A stretch of DNA of 59,579 bases from positions 1 through 59,579 of the forward strand of contig JBBWZJ010000297.1 in assembly GCA_039648985.1 (NCBI GenBank). The letters are read 5' to 3'. Under the pieces are notes generated by a model. That model was not told where the DNA came from, searched no databases, and saw nothing but the letters and a program-made list of their open reading frames with translations. This document shows positions 35,870 to 45,467 of this stretch, piece by piece. A program made the position numbers and the translations under genes. The DNA is from Acidobacteriota bacterium. Lineage in GTDB: Bacteria > Acidobacteriota > Vicinamibacteria > Vicinamibacterales > 2-12-FULL-66-21. The stretch's first letter is position 1, and the number at the start of each line of letters is the position of its first letter.

Positions 35870-38029
35870 ATGCGCCGATACCTGATTGCCTGTGTGCTCG
35901 CCGTTCCGGTCCTGACGATGGCACAGGCGCCCGCCACGCCAGCGGCTGTCGAGCGTCAGCCGGCTGAAGCCGCGACCGCGCCGTCGCTGCCAGTTCGGCG
36001 CGTCATTCTGTACAAGACCGGCGTGGGGTACTTCGAACACCTCGGGAAAGTCCGGAGTGCCCAGAACATCGCCGTGCGCTTCACGAGCGCTCAGCTCAAC
36101 GACGTACTGAACTCACTCACCGTGCTCGACCTGGGGAAGGGGCAGATCACCGGAATCAGTTACAACTCCGTCGCGCCGCTCGAACAGCGGCTCGGCGCGT
36201 TGCGGCTGCCCATCGGAGAGAACACCACGCAGTTGCAGCTGCTTGCGTCGCTCCGCGGCGCGCGGCTCGAGGTCAGCGCCGCGACCGGCACTGTGGAAGG
36301 ACGGCTGCTGAGCATCGAGCGGCGTATGCATCAGCGAGATGGCGACACCAGGGAGGAGGACGTCGTGTCCATCCTGACCGACACGGGCGAGCTCCGGACC
36401 TACGAACTGTCACCCGCCGTCCGCCTGCGCATCGTCGATCGCGATCTACGTCATGAAGTCGGCCGTTATCTCGACACGGTGGGATCGGCTCGCGATCGTG
36501 ATGTGCGCACCATGGTGATCTCGACCACCGGCACGGGCGAGCGGCCGCTCTTCGTCAGCTACGTCAGCGAGGTGCCGATCTGGAAGAGCACCTATCGGCT
36601 GGTGCTGAGTGCGAAGGAGAAACCCCTTCTCCAGGGCTGGGCGGTCGTCGACAACACGATCGGCGAGGACTGGCACGACGTCGAGCTGTCGCTGGTCGCG
36701 GGCGCTCCGCAATCCTTCATCCAGGACATTTCGCAGCCGCTCTACGGCCGCCGGCCGGTCGTGCCGATGCCGACGACCATGATGCTTTCACCGCAGACTC
36801 ACGAGGCTTCGCTTGGGGATGGGGCTGGTACGGTCAGCGGTCAACCGAGGGGAGTCAGCGAGGAGGTGCGGGTCTCCCCCGACGCCGCGGCGTCCCGACC
36901 CGCGGCGAGCCCGCGCGGCATGCCCGGCGGAACGATTGGCGGGGTGGCGGGAGGACTGCCCTCCGCTCCTCCAGCGCCCATGATGGGCGGGGGGGCGTAC
37001 GATCAGGCCCGCAGCCTCGATCCGCGCGCCGACGCGGCGGCCCTTGGCGACCTCTTCGAGTACCGCATCAAGGAACCGGTGACGCTGCGGAAGAACCAGT
37101 CGGCGCTCGTGCCGATCCTCAGCGCGGACATCGGCGCGGAACGCGTATCACTGTGGAACCGGCCGACCGGAAGCGGCCGGCCGCTGCGCGCCGTCTGGTT
37201 GACCAATGCGACAGGCCTCACGCTCGACGGCGGAAGCCTGACCGTCATCGACGCCGGCGCGTTTGCGGGTGAAGGGCTGCTGGCGCCGCTGAAGGCGGGC
37301 GAGAAGCGGCTGCTCTCCTATGCGGCGGATCTCGGCGTGATCGTGGACGCGCGAAGCCAGGACGGGCCAGGCCGCCTGTACCGCGTGCGTGCCCGCGCCG
37401 GGATCATCACGCAGGAGACCGAGGAGAAGGTCACGACCACCTACCGGGCGCGAAACGAGAATGCGACGCCCACGACGCTCGTCATCGAGCACCGGCTCGA
37501 GCCGGGCTGGAAGCTTGCAGACGGCCAGGCGCCGATCGAGTCCACGGCTGATGCGCAGCGGTTTCGGGTTGTTCTTCCCCCGGCGAAGGAAACGGTGCTG
37601 GAGGTCCGCGGCGTGCGGCGTGGCGAGTCGGCGATCTCCCTCGGCACCCTTGACGCCCTCTTCATCACACAGGTCGGGAAGTCCGGCTTGTCGACAACCG
37701 AGCTCGAACGCGCGTTGAAGCCGCTGCTCGACAAGAAAACCGAGTCGATGGCCATCGAGCGGCGCCTCAACGCACTCCAGAAGGAGGCCATGGGCATCGC
37801 GGAGGACCAGCAACGGCTGCGCGAGAACATGAAGGCGCTGCGCGGCACGCCGGAGGAGAAGCAGCTGCTCCAGCGGTACACGCGACAGCTCGACGACCAG
37901 GAAACGCGGCTCGACGCACTCCACACGCAGGTCACCGCGGCGGCCGCCGATCGCGAGAGAGTGCGGGCCGAGCTCGAGGCCCTCGTCGCGAACCTGTCGT
38001 TCGACGTCGCCGCCCCGTCGGGAGTCTGA
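35870..38029 (+). CDS. secreted DUF4139/TIGR02231-like protein with C-terminal coiled coil
   Basis: A signal peptide is followed by VRRVILYKTGVGYFEHLG...FTSAQLNDVLNSLTV and, further on, WKSTYRLVL...GWAVVDNTIGEDWHDVELSLVAG. The family assignment is from memory of the DUF4140/DUF4139 layout, so only moderate. The CDS itself is solid. Confidence 0.8.
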   Translation: MRRYLIACVLAVPVLTMAQAPATPAAVERQPAEAATAPSLPVRRVILYKTGVGYFEHLGKVRSAQNIAVRFTSAQLNDVLNSLTVLDLGKGQITGISYNSVAPLEQRLGALRLPIGENTTQLQLLASLRGARLEVSAATGTVEGRLLSIERRMHQRDGDTREEDVVSILTDTGELRTYELSPAVRLRIVDRDLRHEVGRYLDTVGSARDRDVRTMVISTTGTGERPLFVSYVSEVPIWKSTYRLVLSAKEKPLLQGWAVVDNTIGEDWHDVELSLVAGAPQSFIQDISQPLYGRRPVVPMPTTMMLSPQTHEASLGDGAGTVSGQPRGVSEEVRVSPDAAASRPAASPRGMPGGTIGGVAGGLPSAPPAPMMGGGAYDQARSLDPRADAAALGDLFEYRIKEPVTLRKNQSALVPILSADIGAERVSLWNRPTGSGRPLRAVWLTNATGLTLDGGSLTVIDAGAFAGEGLLAPLKAGEKRLLSYAADLGVIVDARSQDGPGRLYRVRARAGIITQETEEKVTTTYRARNENATPTTLVIEHRLEPGWKLADGQAPIESTADAQRFRVVLPPAKETVLEVRGVRRGESAISLGTLDALFITQVGKSGLSTTELERALKPLLDKKTESMAIERRLNALQKEAMGIAEDQQRLRENMKALRGTPEEKQLLQRYTRQLDDQETRLDALHTQVTAAAADRERVRAELEALVANLSFDVAAPSGV

Positions 38030-38099
38030 CCAGATTCACCGACGGCAACCTTGTCGGACGGCACGGGTTCGTGCGCAAACGGACTACGATGGCAGCGGC

Positions 38100-39365
38100 A
38101 TGAACGGGTTCGACATCGCGGCCATCCTCGCCGCCGCCGCCGCCGGCTTCGGCTATCTGAATCATCGCGTCCTGCGGCTTCCGGCGACGAGCGGCACCCT
38201 GATCGTCTCGCTCGTGAGCTCGGTGCTGGTCCTGGCCGCCGATCGGACGTTCCCCCAGCTGAAGCTCGAGGAGTTCGTCGCGACCTTCCTCGGGCGCATC
38301 GACTTCAACGAGACACTGATGCACGGCATGCTGTCGTTCCTGCTCTTCGCGGGCGCGCTGCACGTCGATCTCGAAGGGCTCCTCGCGAACAAGTGGACGA
38401 TCGGGAGCCTCGCGACCGTCGGCGTCCTCCTGTCCACCGCCATTGTCGGCGTCGCCACCTGGTGGATCTTCGGGCTCCTCGGCCTCGGCATGCCGCTCTC
38501 AGTCTGTCTCACGTTCGGCGCGCTGATTTCGCCCACGGACCCCATTGCCGTCATGGGTCTGCTCAAAGAGCTGCGGGCGCCTCGAAGTCTCGAGGCGCAG
38601 ATCGCCGGAGAATCGCTCTTCAACGACGGCATCGGCGTCGTCGTGTTCTTCGCGATGGTGTCGATTGCCGGATTGTCGCCCTCTGCGCATTTCGTGCTCA
38701 GTGCGACGGGTCTGCTGACGTTCTTCGCGCGCGAAGTGCTCGGAGGCGCCGCTCTCGGCCTGGCGCTCGGGTACGCCGGGTATCGGGCGCTCAAGAGCAT
38801 CAACGATCATCCACTGGAGCTCCTCATCACGCTCGCGCTGGCGATGTTCATCTACTCGCTGTCGTTCTGGATCCACGTGTCCGGGCCCATCGCCGTGGTC
38901 GTGGCCGGCGTGCTCATCGGGAATCCCGGACGCCAATTCGCGATGAGCGATCGCACACGGGAGCATGTCGACGCGTTCTGGAGCATGATCGACGAGATTC
39001 TCAACGCGGTCCTCTTCCTGCTGATCGGCCTCCAGGTGCTGACCATGCCTCGGGATGCGCACGTGGTGGGCGCGGGCCTCATTGCGATTCCCGTCACGCT
39101 GCTGGCGCGTCTCGCGTCGGTCGCGGTGCCAGTCGCGACGATGAGCGTCCGCGGGAGACTCGGGCGCGGCATCGTCCCGATCCTCACGTGGAGCGGGCTC
39201 CGCGGCGGCTTGTCGGTCGCGATGGCGCTGTCGCTGCCGAAGTTCCCCGGGCGCGAAATCCTGCTGGCCTGCACCTACGCAGTCGTCGTGTTCTCGATCG
39301 TCGTCCAGGGCCTGACAGTCAGGCGGATGCTGATCTATTACGGGGTCGGCGAAGCCGCACCGTGA
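38100..39365 (+). CDS. Na+/H+ antiporter (CPA1, NhaP type)
   Basis: It is a polytopic membrane protein with FGALISPTDPIAV, ESLFNDGIGVV and WSGLRGGLSVAMALSLP. Confidence 0.88.
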   Translation: MNGFDIAAILAAAAAGFGYLNHRVLRLPATSGTLIVSLVSSVLVLAADRTFPQLKLEEFVATFLGRIDFNETLMHGMLSFLLFAGALHVDLEGLLANKWTIGSLATVGVLLSTAIVGVATWWIFGLLGLGMPLSVCLTFGALISPTDPIAVMGLLKELRAPRSLEAQIAGESLFNDGIGVVVFFAMVSIAGLSPSAHFVLSATGLLTFFAREVLGGAALGLALGYAGYRALKSINDHPLELLITLALAMFIYSLSFWIHVSGPIAVVVAGVLIGNPGRQFAMSDRTREHVDAFWSMIDEILNAVLFLLIGLQVLTMPRDAHVVGAGLIAIPVTLLARLASVAVPVATMSVRGRLGRGIVPILTWSGLRGGLSVAMALSLPKFPGREILLACTYAVVVFSIVVQGLTVRRMLIYYGVGEAAP

Positions 39366-39402
39366 GCGCCGAAAGACGGCTCGCGCCTGCGGCGGCCGGC
39401 CG

Positions 39403-41058
39403 TCAGCGCTGTTCGGCCGACGACGTCCGGTTCAGGGCTCCGGCGCGGAACCAGCGATACCCGTAGGGCTCCAGCTCGATCGCGTGACGGCCGCTCTCGT
39501 CGGCGTGGATGTCCGACTGGTCGAGCAGGTTGACCAGTGTGCCGCCGTCAGGGCCGTCGACGCGCAGGCGCACGGCGCAGGGCTTCTCGCCGAAATTGTG
39601 GAGGAACACGCCCGTGCGGCCGCTCCAGTCGTATCGCAGCGCCAGCACCTGCTCCGTGCCGGTGCGGAGAATCTGCCAGTCACCCCAGCTGATCTCCGGA
39701 CACTCCTTGCGCGCGCGGATGATCCGTTCGGTCCAGTTCAGGAGGGACCCCGGGTCGCGTCGCTGATCGGCGACATTGACGGAGTGGAACCCGTAAATCG
39801 GATCGTCGATGACCTTGCGGATGACGCGGCGGCCGCGTGAAAAGCCGCCGTGCGGATCGGGCGACCACTGCATCGGCGTCCGCGCCGCATAGCGCTCCGG
39901 CAGCGACAGGTCGTCGCCCATTCCAATCTCGTCGCCGTACCGCATGACGGGTGTGCCGGGCAGCGTGAACATAAGGCTGTAGGCGAGCTCGAGACGGCGG
40001 CGATCGTTGTTGAGCATCGGCGCGAGGCGGCGGCGGATGCCCCGTCCGTACAAGCGCATCCGGGGCTCTGGCGCGAACGCGTCGAACACCACCTGGCGCT
40101 CCCGCTCGGTGAGGCGCCCCAGATCGAGCTCGTCGTGGCTCCGGGTGAACATGCCCCACTGCGCCGCAGCCGGCCGATCGTGCGTCGCGCGCAGCGCCTC
40201 GGCGAGCTCTGTCGCCGTGCCGCTGGCAAGCGCGTGGAACAGGCGCTGGTTGACCCAGAAATTCAGCATCATCTGAAGCCGATCCCCCTGGGCTCCGAAG
40301 TATTCGAGGCTTTCGTCCGGGGGCACGTTGGCCTCCGCCAGCAGGATCGCGTCACGGCAGCGCCACTGGAGGAAGTCGCGCATCTCGTGCAGCAGGTCGT
40401 AGTCGCGCGTGTGCCGCACGCGTGCGCCCTTGTGTTCGATGAGGAACGGCACCGCGTCCATCCGGAAGCCGGACACGCCAAGCTCGAGCCAGAACCCCAT
40501 GATCCGGAGGATCTCTTCCTTGACGGCCGGGTGATGCGTGTTGAGATCCGGCTGGAAGTCGTAGAACCGGTGAAAGTAGTACTGGCGGGCTACAGGGTCG
40601 CGCGTCCACGTGGCCGTCTGGACGCCGGGGAACACCAGCCCCTTGTTCCAGTCCTTCGGGCGCTGCGCGGACCAGAGATACCAGTCGCGGTGTCTGGACG
40701 CGGGATCCTTGCGCGCCTCCTTGAACCAGGAGTGCTGCGACGACGTGTGATTGCAGACCAGGTCGATGATGACGCGGAGGCCGAGCTGGCGCGCGTGGTT
40801 CATGAACTCGACGAAATCACCAAGCGAGCCGGTGCGCGGATGGACGCCGTAGAAATCCGCGACGTCATACCCGTCGTCCTTGTTCGGAGACGGGTAGAAG
40901 GGCAGCAGCCAGAGGCAGGTGACGCCGAGCCCCGCCAGGTAGGGCAGCCGCTCGGTCAGGCCTGCGAAATCACCGACGCCATCGGCGTTGCCGTCGATGA
41001 ACGTCTCGACGTTCAGGCAGTAGATGACAGCATTCTTGTACCAGAGATCGTGAATCAC
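39403..41058 (-). CDS. treS: GH13 trehalose-synthase-like maltose alpha-D-glucosyltransferase
   Basis: WYKNAVIYCLNVETFIDGNADGVGDFAGLTERLPYLAGLGVTCLWLLPFY, DLVCNHTS, GFRMDAVPFL, LLAEAN, SHDELDL and GIRRRLAPMLNNDRRRLEL are colinear with TreS. The start is GTG and no SD is visible. The substrate call is by similarity only. Confidence 0.8.
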   Translation of the reverse strand: MIHDLWYKNAVIYCLNVETFIDGNADGVGDFAGLTERLPYLAGLGVTCLWLLPFYPSPNKDDGYDVADFYGVHPRTGSLGDFVEFMNHARQLGLRVIIDLVCNHTSSQHSWFKEARKDPASRHRDWYLWSAQRPKDWNKGLVFPGVQTATWTRDPVARQYYFHRFYDFQPDLNTHHPAVKEEILRIMGFWLELGVSGFRMDAVPFLIEHKGARVRHTRDYDLLHEMRDFLQWRCRDAILLAEANVPPDESLEYFGAQGDRLQMMLNFWVNQRLFHALASGTATELAEALRATHDRPAAAQWGMFTRSHDELDLGRLTERERQVVFDAFAPEPRMRLYGRGIRRRLAPMLNNDRRRLELAYSLMFTLPGTPVMRYGDEIGMGDDLSLPERYAARTPMQWSPDPHGGFSRGRRVIRKVIDDPIYGFHSVNVADQRRDPGSLLNWTERIIRARKECPEISWGDWQILRTGTEQVLALRYDWSGRTGVFLHNFGEKPCAVRLRVDGPDGGTLVNLLDQSDIHADESGRHAIELEPYGYRWFRAGALNRTSSAEQR

Positions 41059-41114
41059 GCCCGGGCGGGAGCAATGCTCGTACCAGCCAGGACATTCACA
41101 CGGGACTTGAAGGA

Positions 41115-41170
41115 TCGGGACTCGGGATTCGGGGCTCGGGACTCGGGACTCGAGACTCGGGACTCGGACG
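41115..41170. repeat. heptanucleotide tandem array (TCGGGAC-type)x8
   Basis: Read directly: TCGGGAC, TCGGGAT, TCGGGGC, TCGGGAC, TCGGGAC, TCGAGAC, TCGGGAC, TCGGACG. It is followed at 41173-41188 by GGTTCCGGGTTCGGGT, the reverse complement of the GAACCCG unit. Confidence 0.93.
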
Positions 41171-41442
41171 ACGGTTCCGGGTTCGGGTCGCTGTCGTTGA
41201 CACCAGAGGGACCGTTCGCGCGCCGACCCGGGTCGTTCGATTCGGAAACGATGCGGAGCACGCCGTCAGGATCTGAAAAATGGCGCGCAGGCGGGCGACA
41301 GGGCGCGCGAGCCTGAATGGTCGCGCGCCGCGTTCTGACGACGGTAAGCCGGAGCGGCATTTTTCCGGCGTGCGGAGCGGTTTCCGAAGCGAATGGCCCG
41401 AGTCGTGGCGCGCAGTGGCGAGGTCGAATCCCGTAGAAAGAT

Positions 41443-41470
41443 CAGGGACTCGGGATTCGGGACTCGGAAG
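41443..41470. repeat. second copy of the TCGGGAC-type heptamer array (4 units)
   Basis: Read directly: CAGGGAC, TCGGGAT, TCGGGAC, TCGGAAG. It has the same unit, orientation and lead-in (GATC(A)GGGACTCGGGATTCGG) as the array at 41115. Confidence 0.9.
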
Positions 41471-41574
41471 TGGATTAGCGGTTCGTTCCGCACCCGCATG
41501 GCTTCCGCCTTCAGGGGAAGGAGATCCCGAGCGTGCCCCAGCCGCGCCCGGGATTCAGCATCAGGAACCCGTGG

Positions 41575-44500
41575 TCACCACTCTGCCCGGACGCCGAGCC
41601 GCATGCTCCGCATGCCGGCCTGCTGGATCGCTCCGGCCGAACCACCGATGGCGCTGATCCGTCCCGCGCTGACGTTCGTCGGCGTGACGTTCAGGTTCGG
41701 GTTGGCATACTGCGGCCAGTTGAACGCGTTCGTCGACGTGAGCTCCACTCGCAGCGAGGGCACGCCCGCACGGTCACTCAACCGGAAGCGCTTGTGAATC
41801 CCCAGGTGCCACAGATTCAGGCCAGGCCCTTCGATCGCGCCGCGGTGCGCCGTGCCGAAGCGCCCGATTGGCGCGGCGGCGAACGCCGCGACGTCGTACC
41901 ACGCCGCCACAGCGGGATCGGCGAGTGCCGGATCGCGCAACTGGTCGGGACGGAGCGTCACCGTCGGACGCGAGGCCGCAGTCGTGAAGCGCGTGCCTGT
42001 CGGATCCGGCATCGAGATCGTCGGCGTCAGGTAGAGGCCTGACTGCACGAAGCCGACGCCAGACAGCTCCCACCCGCCAAGCGCCAGGTCCACGAGCCGC
42101 GGGGTCCCGGCCAGCCAGGTGCGGCCGTGGCCGAACGGCAGCTCGTACATGAACGCACTCGTCAGCCGGTGCGTCGGCGTCGCGCTGTCGCGGCCCGTGT
42201 CCGCGTTCAGGTCGAACGGGTTCTCGATCCGCGTCGTCCAGTCCTGCGTGTTCCCTCTGTCCCGTGCCGCTGTATACGCCAGCTGCACGAAGAGTCCGCC
42301 GGACATCCGCCGCTCGGCCTCGATCGTCACCCCCTGATAATCGTGGGAGGCGCCGTTGTCGGCGTAGGAGATGTCCGGGTACTGCGGGAAGGGACGAGGC
42401 TTCTGCACATACAACCGGTCGTCAGCGACAGGCGCGTTCGCGTCGCGCGTGTACCACATCTGGCGTCCCAGTGTCGCGACGTAAGACAGGCGGAATCCCG
42501 TGTTCCAGCGCTGGTGCTCCGCTGTCAGGTTCCATTGATGGCTGTACGGCATCTGCAGATTCGGATTGACGGCAAGCGGCAGCGCGATCGTCGCGGGGCC
42601 GGTGGTGCCCGCCGCCGGAAACACGCGCGGCAATACGACGACAGGCGTCGCCGGGTTGGTGAACGTCGTCTCCTGGAACACGAACGGGGCGCGGCTGGCC
42701 CAGATGTCGATCGGCATCATGTCGTAGTAGAGGCCGTAGCCGCCGCGGACGACGGTGCTCTCGCCGCCGAACGGGCGGTAGGCGAACCCGAGCCGCGGGG
42801 CGACGTTGTTCTTGTCCGTCTTGATCAGGGCTCGTGACGGCAGGCCCAGGCTGCCGGCAGTCACGATGTTCACGTACCCGGCCGGCATGAGCGGCGACAC
42901 GTTGGCCACCCCGCCGTCGGGAACGACGATGTTGCCGGAGTTGATGTCGAAGAACGCCAGGTGGTCGCCCCGCTCGAACCATCCCGGGTGGAGCTCATAT
43001 CGTAGGCCCAGATTGAGCGTCAGGTTCCGGGTCGCCTTCCAGTCGTCCTGCACGAACGAGTCGTACACGAACCGCCGCCGCTGCGCCGCCTGCGGAGGGA
43101 AGGCGCGCTGCGCGGTGTTCGGCAGCCCCAGCAAAAAATCCGCGTAGGGCTGTCCGGTGTAACGGCCCGTGAAATCCAGAGCCCCGAACATCGCCGACGG
43201 CACGGCCATGTCCTCCCAGTCGGTCCGCCGGAGCTCGATGCCGCCCTTGAGCGAGTGAGTTCCGCGAAGCCACGTCGCCTGGTCGGTGAACTGCTCGATG
43301 CGGTTCAGGAAGCCGGGATTGCTCGAGTCCACCTGAGAGAGCCCCGTGAGCCCGAGGCCCGGGAAAGACATCTTGAGGACGCCCGAGGCATCCGGGAGGC
43401 CCGGTGCGAGCCCGACGAGGCCGAGCGAGTCCACGACCTCCCGGCCGCTCAGCGGTCCGGAGATCGGGTTGTTGTTGAACGTATGACCGAAGCGCGCCTC
43501 GTTGACGAGCGTCGAGCCGATCAGCCGGGTGTAGGACAGGGTGAGCGCCTTGTCCTGACGCAGCTGGTTCCGCATCCCGAACGCCGGCAGGTTGCCTTCC
43601 CACACCGGGTTCGTGGCCTGGTGCAGCGTGACACGGGCGAAGACCCGATCCACGTTCGAGAAGTTATGGTCCACGCGGGCCGTGCCGTAGTAGGGCTTGG
43701 ACCGATCCGTCGGCACCGTCAGCCGGAAATTGTTGGCGCGGAGCGCACTGCCGTCGCCGGTGTTCGGCAATGGATAGAAGCGCTCCTGGATCTTGAGCGA
43801 AACCGGGTTCAGCGCGGCTGCCGGTATGCGCCCGTCCAGATAGACCTCGCCGCTCAACGGATTGCGGATGGGAATCCCGAGCGCCGAGAAATCACCGTGC
43901 CGCCACGCGTCGATCGGCACGGTCGGATTGAGATCCGCCGATGTCGCGCTGCCATTGACGGTTTCCCCCGAGACAAACCAGAACGTCCGGCCGCGCCCGT
44001 TGTACACCCCCGGGATGACCGCCGGCCCGCCGACGGCGAATCCCGGAAAGTGCAGCACGCCAGCCTGCCGCGCGCCGGAGAACGGGTTACGGGCGCGAAG
44101 GCCGGGGCTCTGGTAGTAGTCGAAGGCGGAGCCGTGCAGGCCGTTCGTGCCCGACTTGGACACGATCGTCACCTGGCCGAGGCTCGGGAACTCCGCGCTG
44201 TTGTTGGCCAGATCGATCTTCACTTCCTTGAACGACTCGATGTAGTTCGCGAGCGGCCCGATCGGCGATTCCCCCACGCCGTCGCTCATCGTCGTGCCGT
44301 CGATGGCGAACTGCGACTGGTTGTACTTGCTGCCGGCGAACGAGTAGGTGCCGCTCCGCAGCGACAGCATCGGCGTAATCGCGAGGTACGACCAGACGCC
44401 CGGGTCGTTGAGGGGCAGCGTGCGCAGCTGCTCGGCCGTCCGCAAGTCGCTGATGCGCGCCGTATCGAGCTCGATCGGGGCATTGCCGCCCGTCACCTGG

Positions 44501-44904
44501 ACGGCGGCCTCGAGGCCTCCGACTTCGAGCTTTGCGTCGATGTGGCGCAGATCGCGCGTGACAAGGGCGATGTCGGTCACGATGAACTCGCGGAATCCCG
44601 GCGCGACAACGCTGAGCATGTACGGGCCCTCGCGCAGTTGCGGCACCGTGTAGACACCCTCGCTGTTCGTCGTGGCTTTCGTCGTCACGGACGTCTCGGT
44701 GTTCGTCGCGGTGATCGCCGCACCCTTCATGACCGCGCCGCTCGCGTCGACGACCGTGCCTGTGATCGCCGCGTACGTCGTCTGGCCGGCCGCCGCGGCC
44801 GGCGCCGTCAGCAGCAGGACACACGAGGCCGTGACGATCGCGCCCGCCGCGACTCTGAAGGCCGAGAGCGGCCCCGCTATCCACCGTCGCACCATTGAAC
44901 GCAT
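41575..44904 (-). CDS. Oar-like TonB-dependent receptor with N-terminal carboxypeptidase-regulatory-like domain
   Basis: The start is M41 (MRSMVRRW..., GGGGAGGA SD). After the signal comes ITGTVVDASGAVMKGAAITATNTETSVTTKATTNSEGVYTVPQLREGPYMLSVVAPGF (CarbopepD_reg). A long beta-barrel follows, ending in RSMRLGVRAEW. Confidence 0.9.
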   Translation of the reverse strand: MRSMVRRWIAGPLSAFRVAAGAIVTASCVLLLTAPAAAAGQTTYAAITGTVVDASGAVMKGAAITATNTETSVTTKATTNSEGVYTVPQLREGPYMLSVVAPGFREFIVTDIALVTRDLRHIDAKLEVGGLEAAVQVTGGNAPIELDTARISDLRTAEQLRTLPLNDPGVWSYLAITPMLSLRSGTYSFAGSKYNQSQFAIDGTTMSDGVGESPIGPLANYIESFKEVKIDLANNSAEFPSLGQVTIVSKSGTNGLHGSAFDYYQSPGLRARNPFSGARQAGVLHFPGFAVGGPAVIPGVYNGRGRTFWFVSGETVNGSATSADLNPTVPIDAWRHGDFSALGIPIRNPLSGEVYLDGRIPAAALNPVSLKIQERFYPLPNTGDGSALRANNFRLTVPTDRSKPYYGTARVDHNFSNVDRVFARVTLHQATNPVWEGNLPAFGMRNQLRQDKALTLSYTRLIGSTLVNEARFGHTFNNNPISGPLSGREVVDSLGLVGLAPGLPDASGVLKMSFPGLGLTGLSQVDSSNPGFLNRIEQFTDQATWLRGTHSLKGGIELRRTDWEDMAVPSAMFGALDFTGRYTGQPYADFLLGLPNTAQRAFPPQAAQRRRFVYDSFVQDDWKATRNLTLNLGLRYELHPGWFERGDHLAFFDINSGNIVVPDGGVANVSPLMPAGYVNIVTAGSLGLPSRALIKTDKNNVAPRLGFAYRPFGGESTVVRGGYGLYYDMMPIDIWASRAPFVFQETTFTNPATPVVVLPRVFPAAGTTGPATIALPLAVNPNLQMPYSHQWNLTAEHQRWNTGFRLSYVATLGRQMWYTRDANAPVADDRLYVQKPRPFPQYPDISYADNGASHDYQGVTIEAERRMSGGLFVQLAYTAARDRGNTQDWTTRIENPFDLNADTGRDSATPTHRLTSAFMYELPFGHGRTWLAGTPRLVDLALGGWELSGVGFVQSGLYLTPTISMPDPTGTRFTTAASRPTVTLRPDQLRDPALADPAVAAWYDVAAFAAAPIGRFGTAHRGAIEGPGLNLWHLGIHKRFRLSDRAGVPSLRVELTSTNAFNWPQYANPNLNVTPTNVSAGRISAIGGSAGAIQQAGMRSMRLGVRAEW

Positions 44905-45467
44905 AGAGTCCTCCCCGAGGAATCGAGTGACGGGTCGAGATGGCGAAACGCGCGCGGAGTCGCGGGTCGGCGAGGCGCGGCCCGCGGCGGCCTCACGGCC
45001 GTTCGGACGGATGCTCCCTGGCATGCACGGCGAGGCACCTCTGGCGGCCGCACGGTGGCTTTGGGCAGATCCCGGGCGGGACCTGCCGCGGCCTCGTGGC
45101 GGCGCAGGCGCTCTCGTTCGATTTGCGACTTGGAACGCGCGGAGTATCGCACAGCTCGCGCGGATTGCAGCTCAACGTTACGTACGAATCTGGACGAGCG
45201 CATCCCGCGTACTCGGATGGGGGGAGGCGGAAGGAGCGCAGTGCTGTGGCCCTTCGAGAGCCTGGGTCAGCAGGTCACGGCGAAAGCCGCAACCACGATC
45301 GCGGGCCGGTTCGTTCAGCGGTTTAGTGATCGTGTCGACACGCCATTTCCTCCGCTCAGCCTACGTAGCCCGGAGCTTCAGCTCCGGGATCGCAGCTCAG
45401 CGTTACAGCGAATAGGTGCATCACGCGGACCGGTATGTGGGATAACTCCGACATCCTTGGAGGTCCG

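Noticed and set aside
41418-41436. A tRNA T-loop-like GGTCGAATCC, which on the other strand resembles the tmRNA 5' motif GGGATTCGAC.
   Set aside because: The flanks do not form a T-stem or an acceptor stem, and no tRNA-like 3' end lies within 400 nt on either strand.
44905-45300. A cobalamin or other riboswitch in the leader of the TonB-dependent receptor.
   Set aside because: I could not find a B12-box-like consensus or any other riboswitch core by eye. Only a covariance-model scan could settle it, so no call is made.
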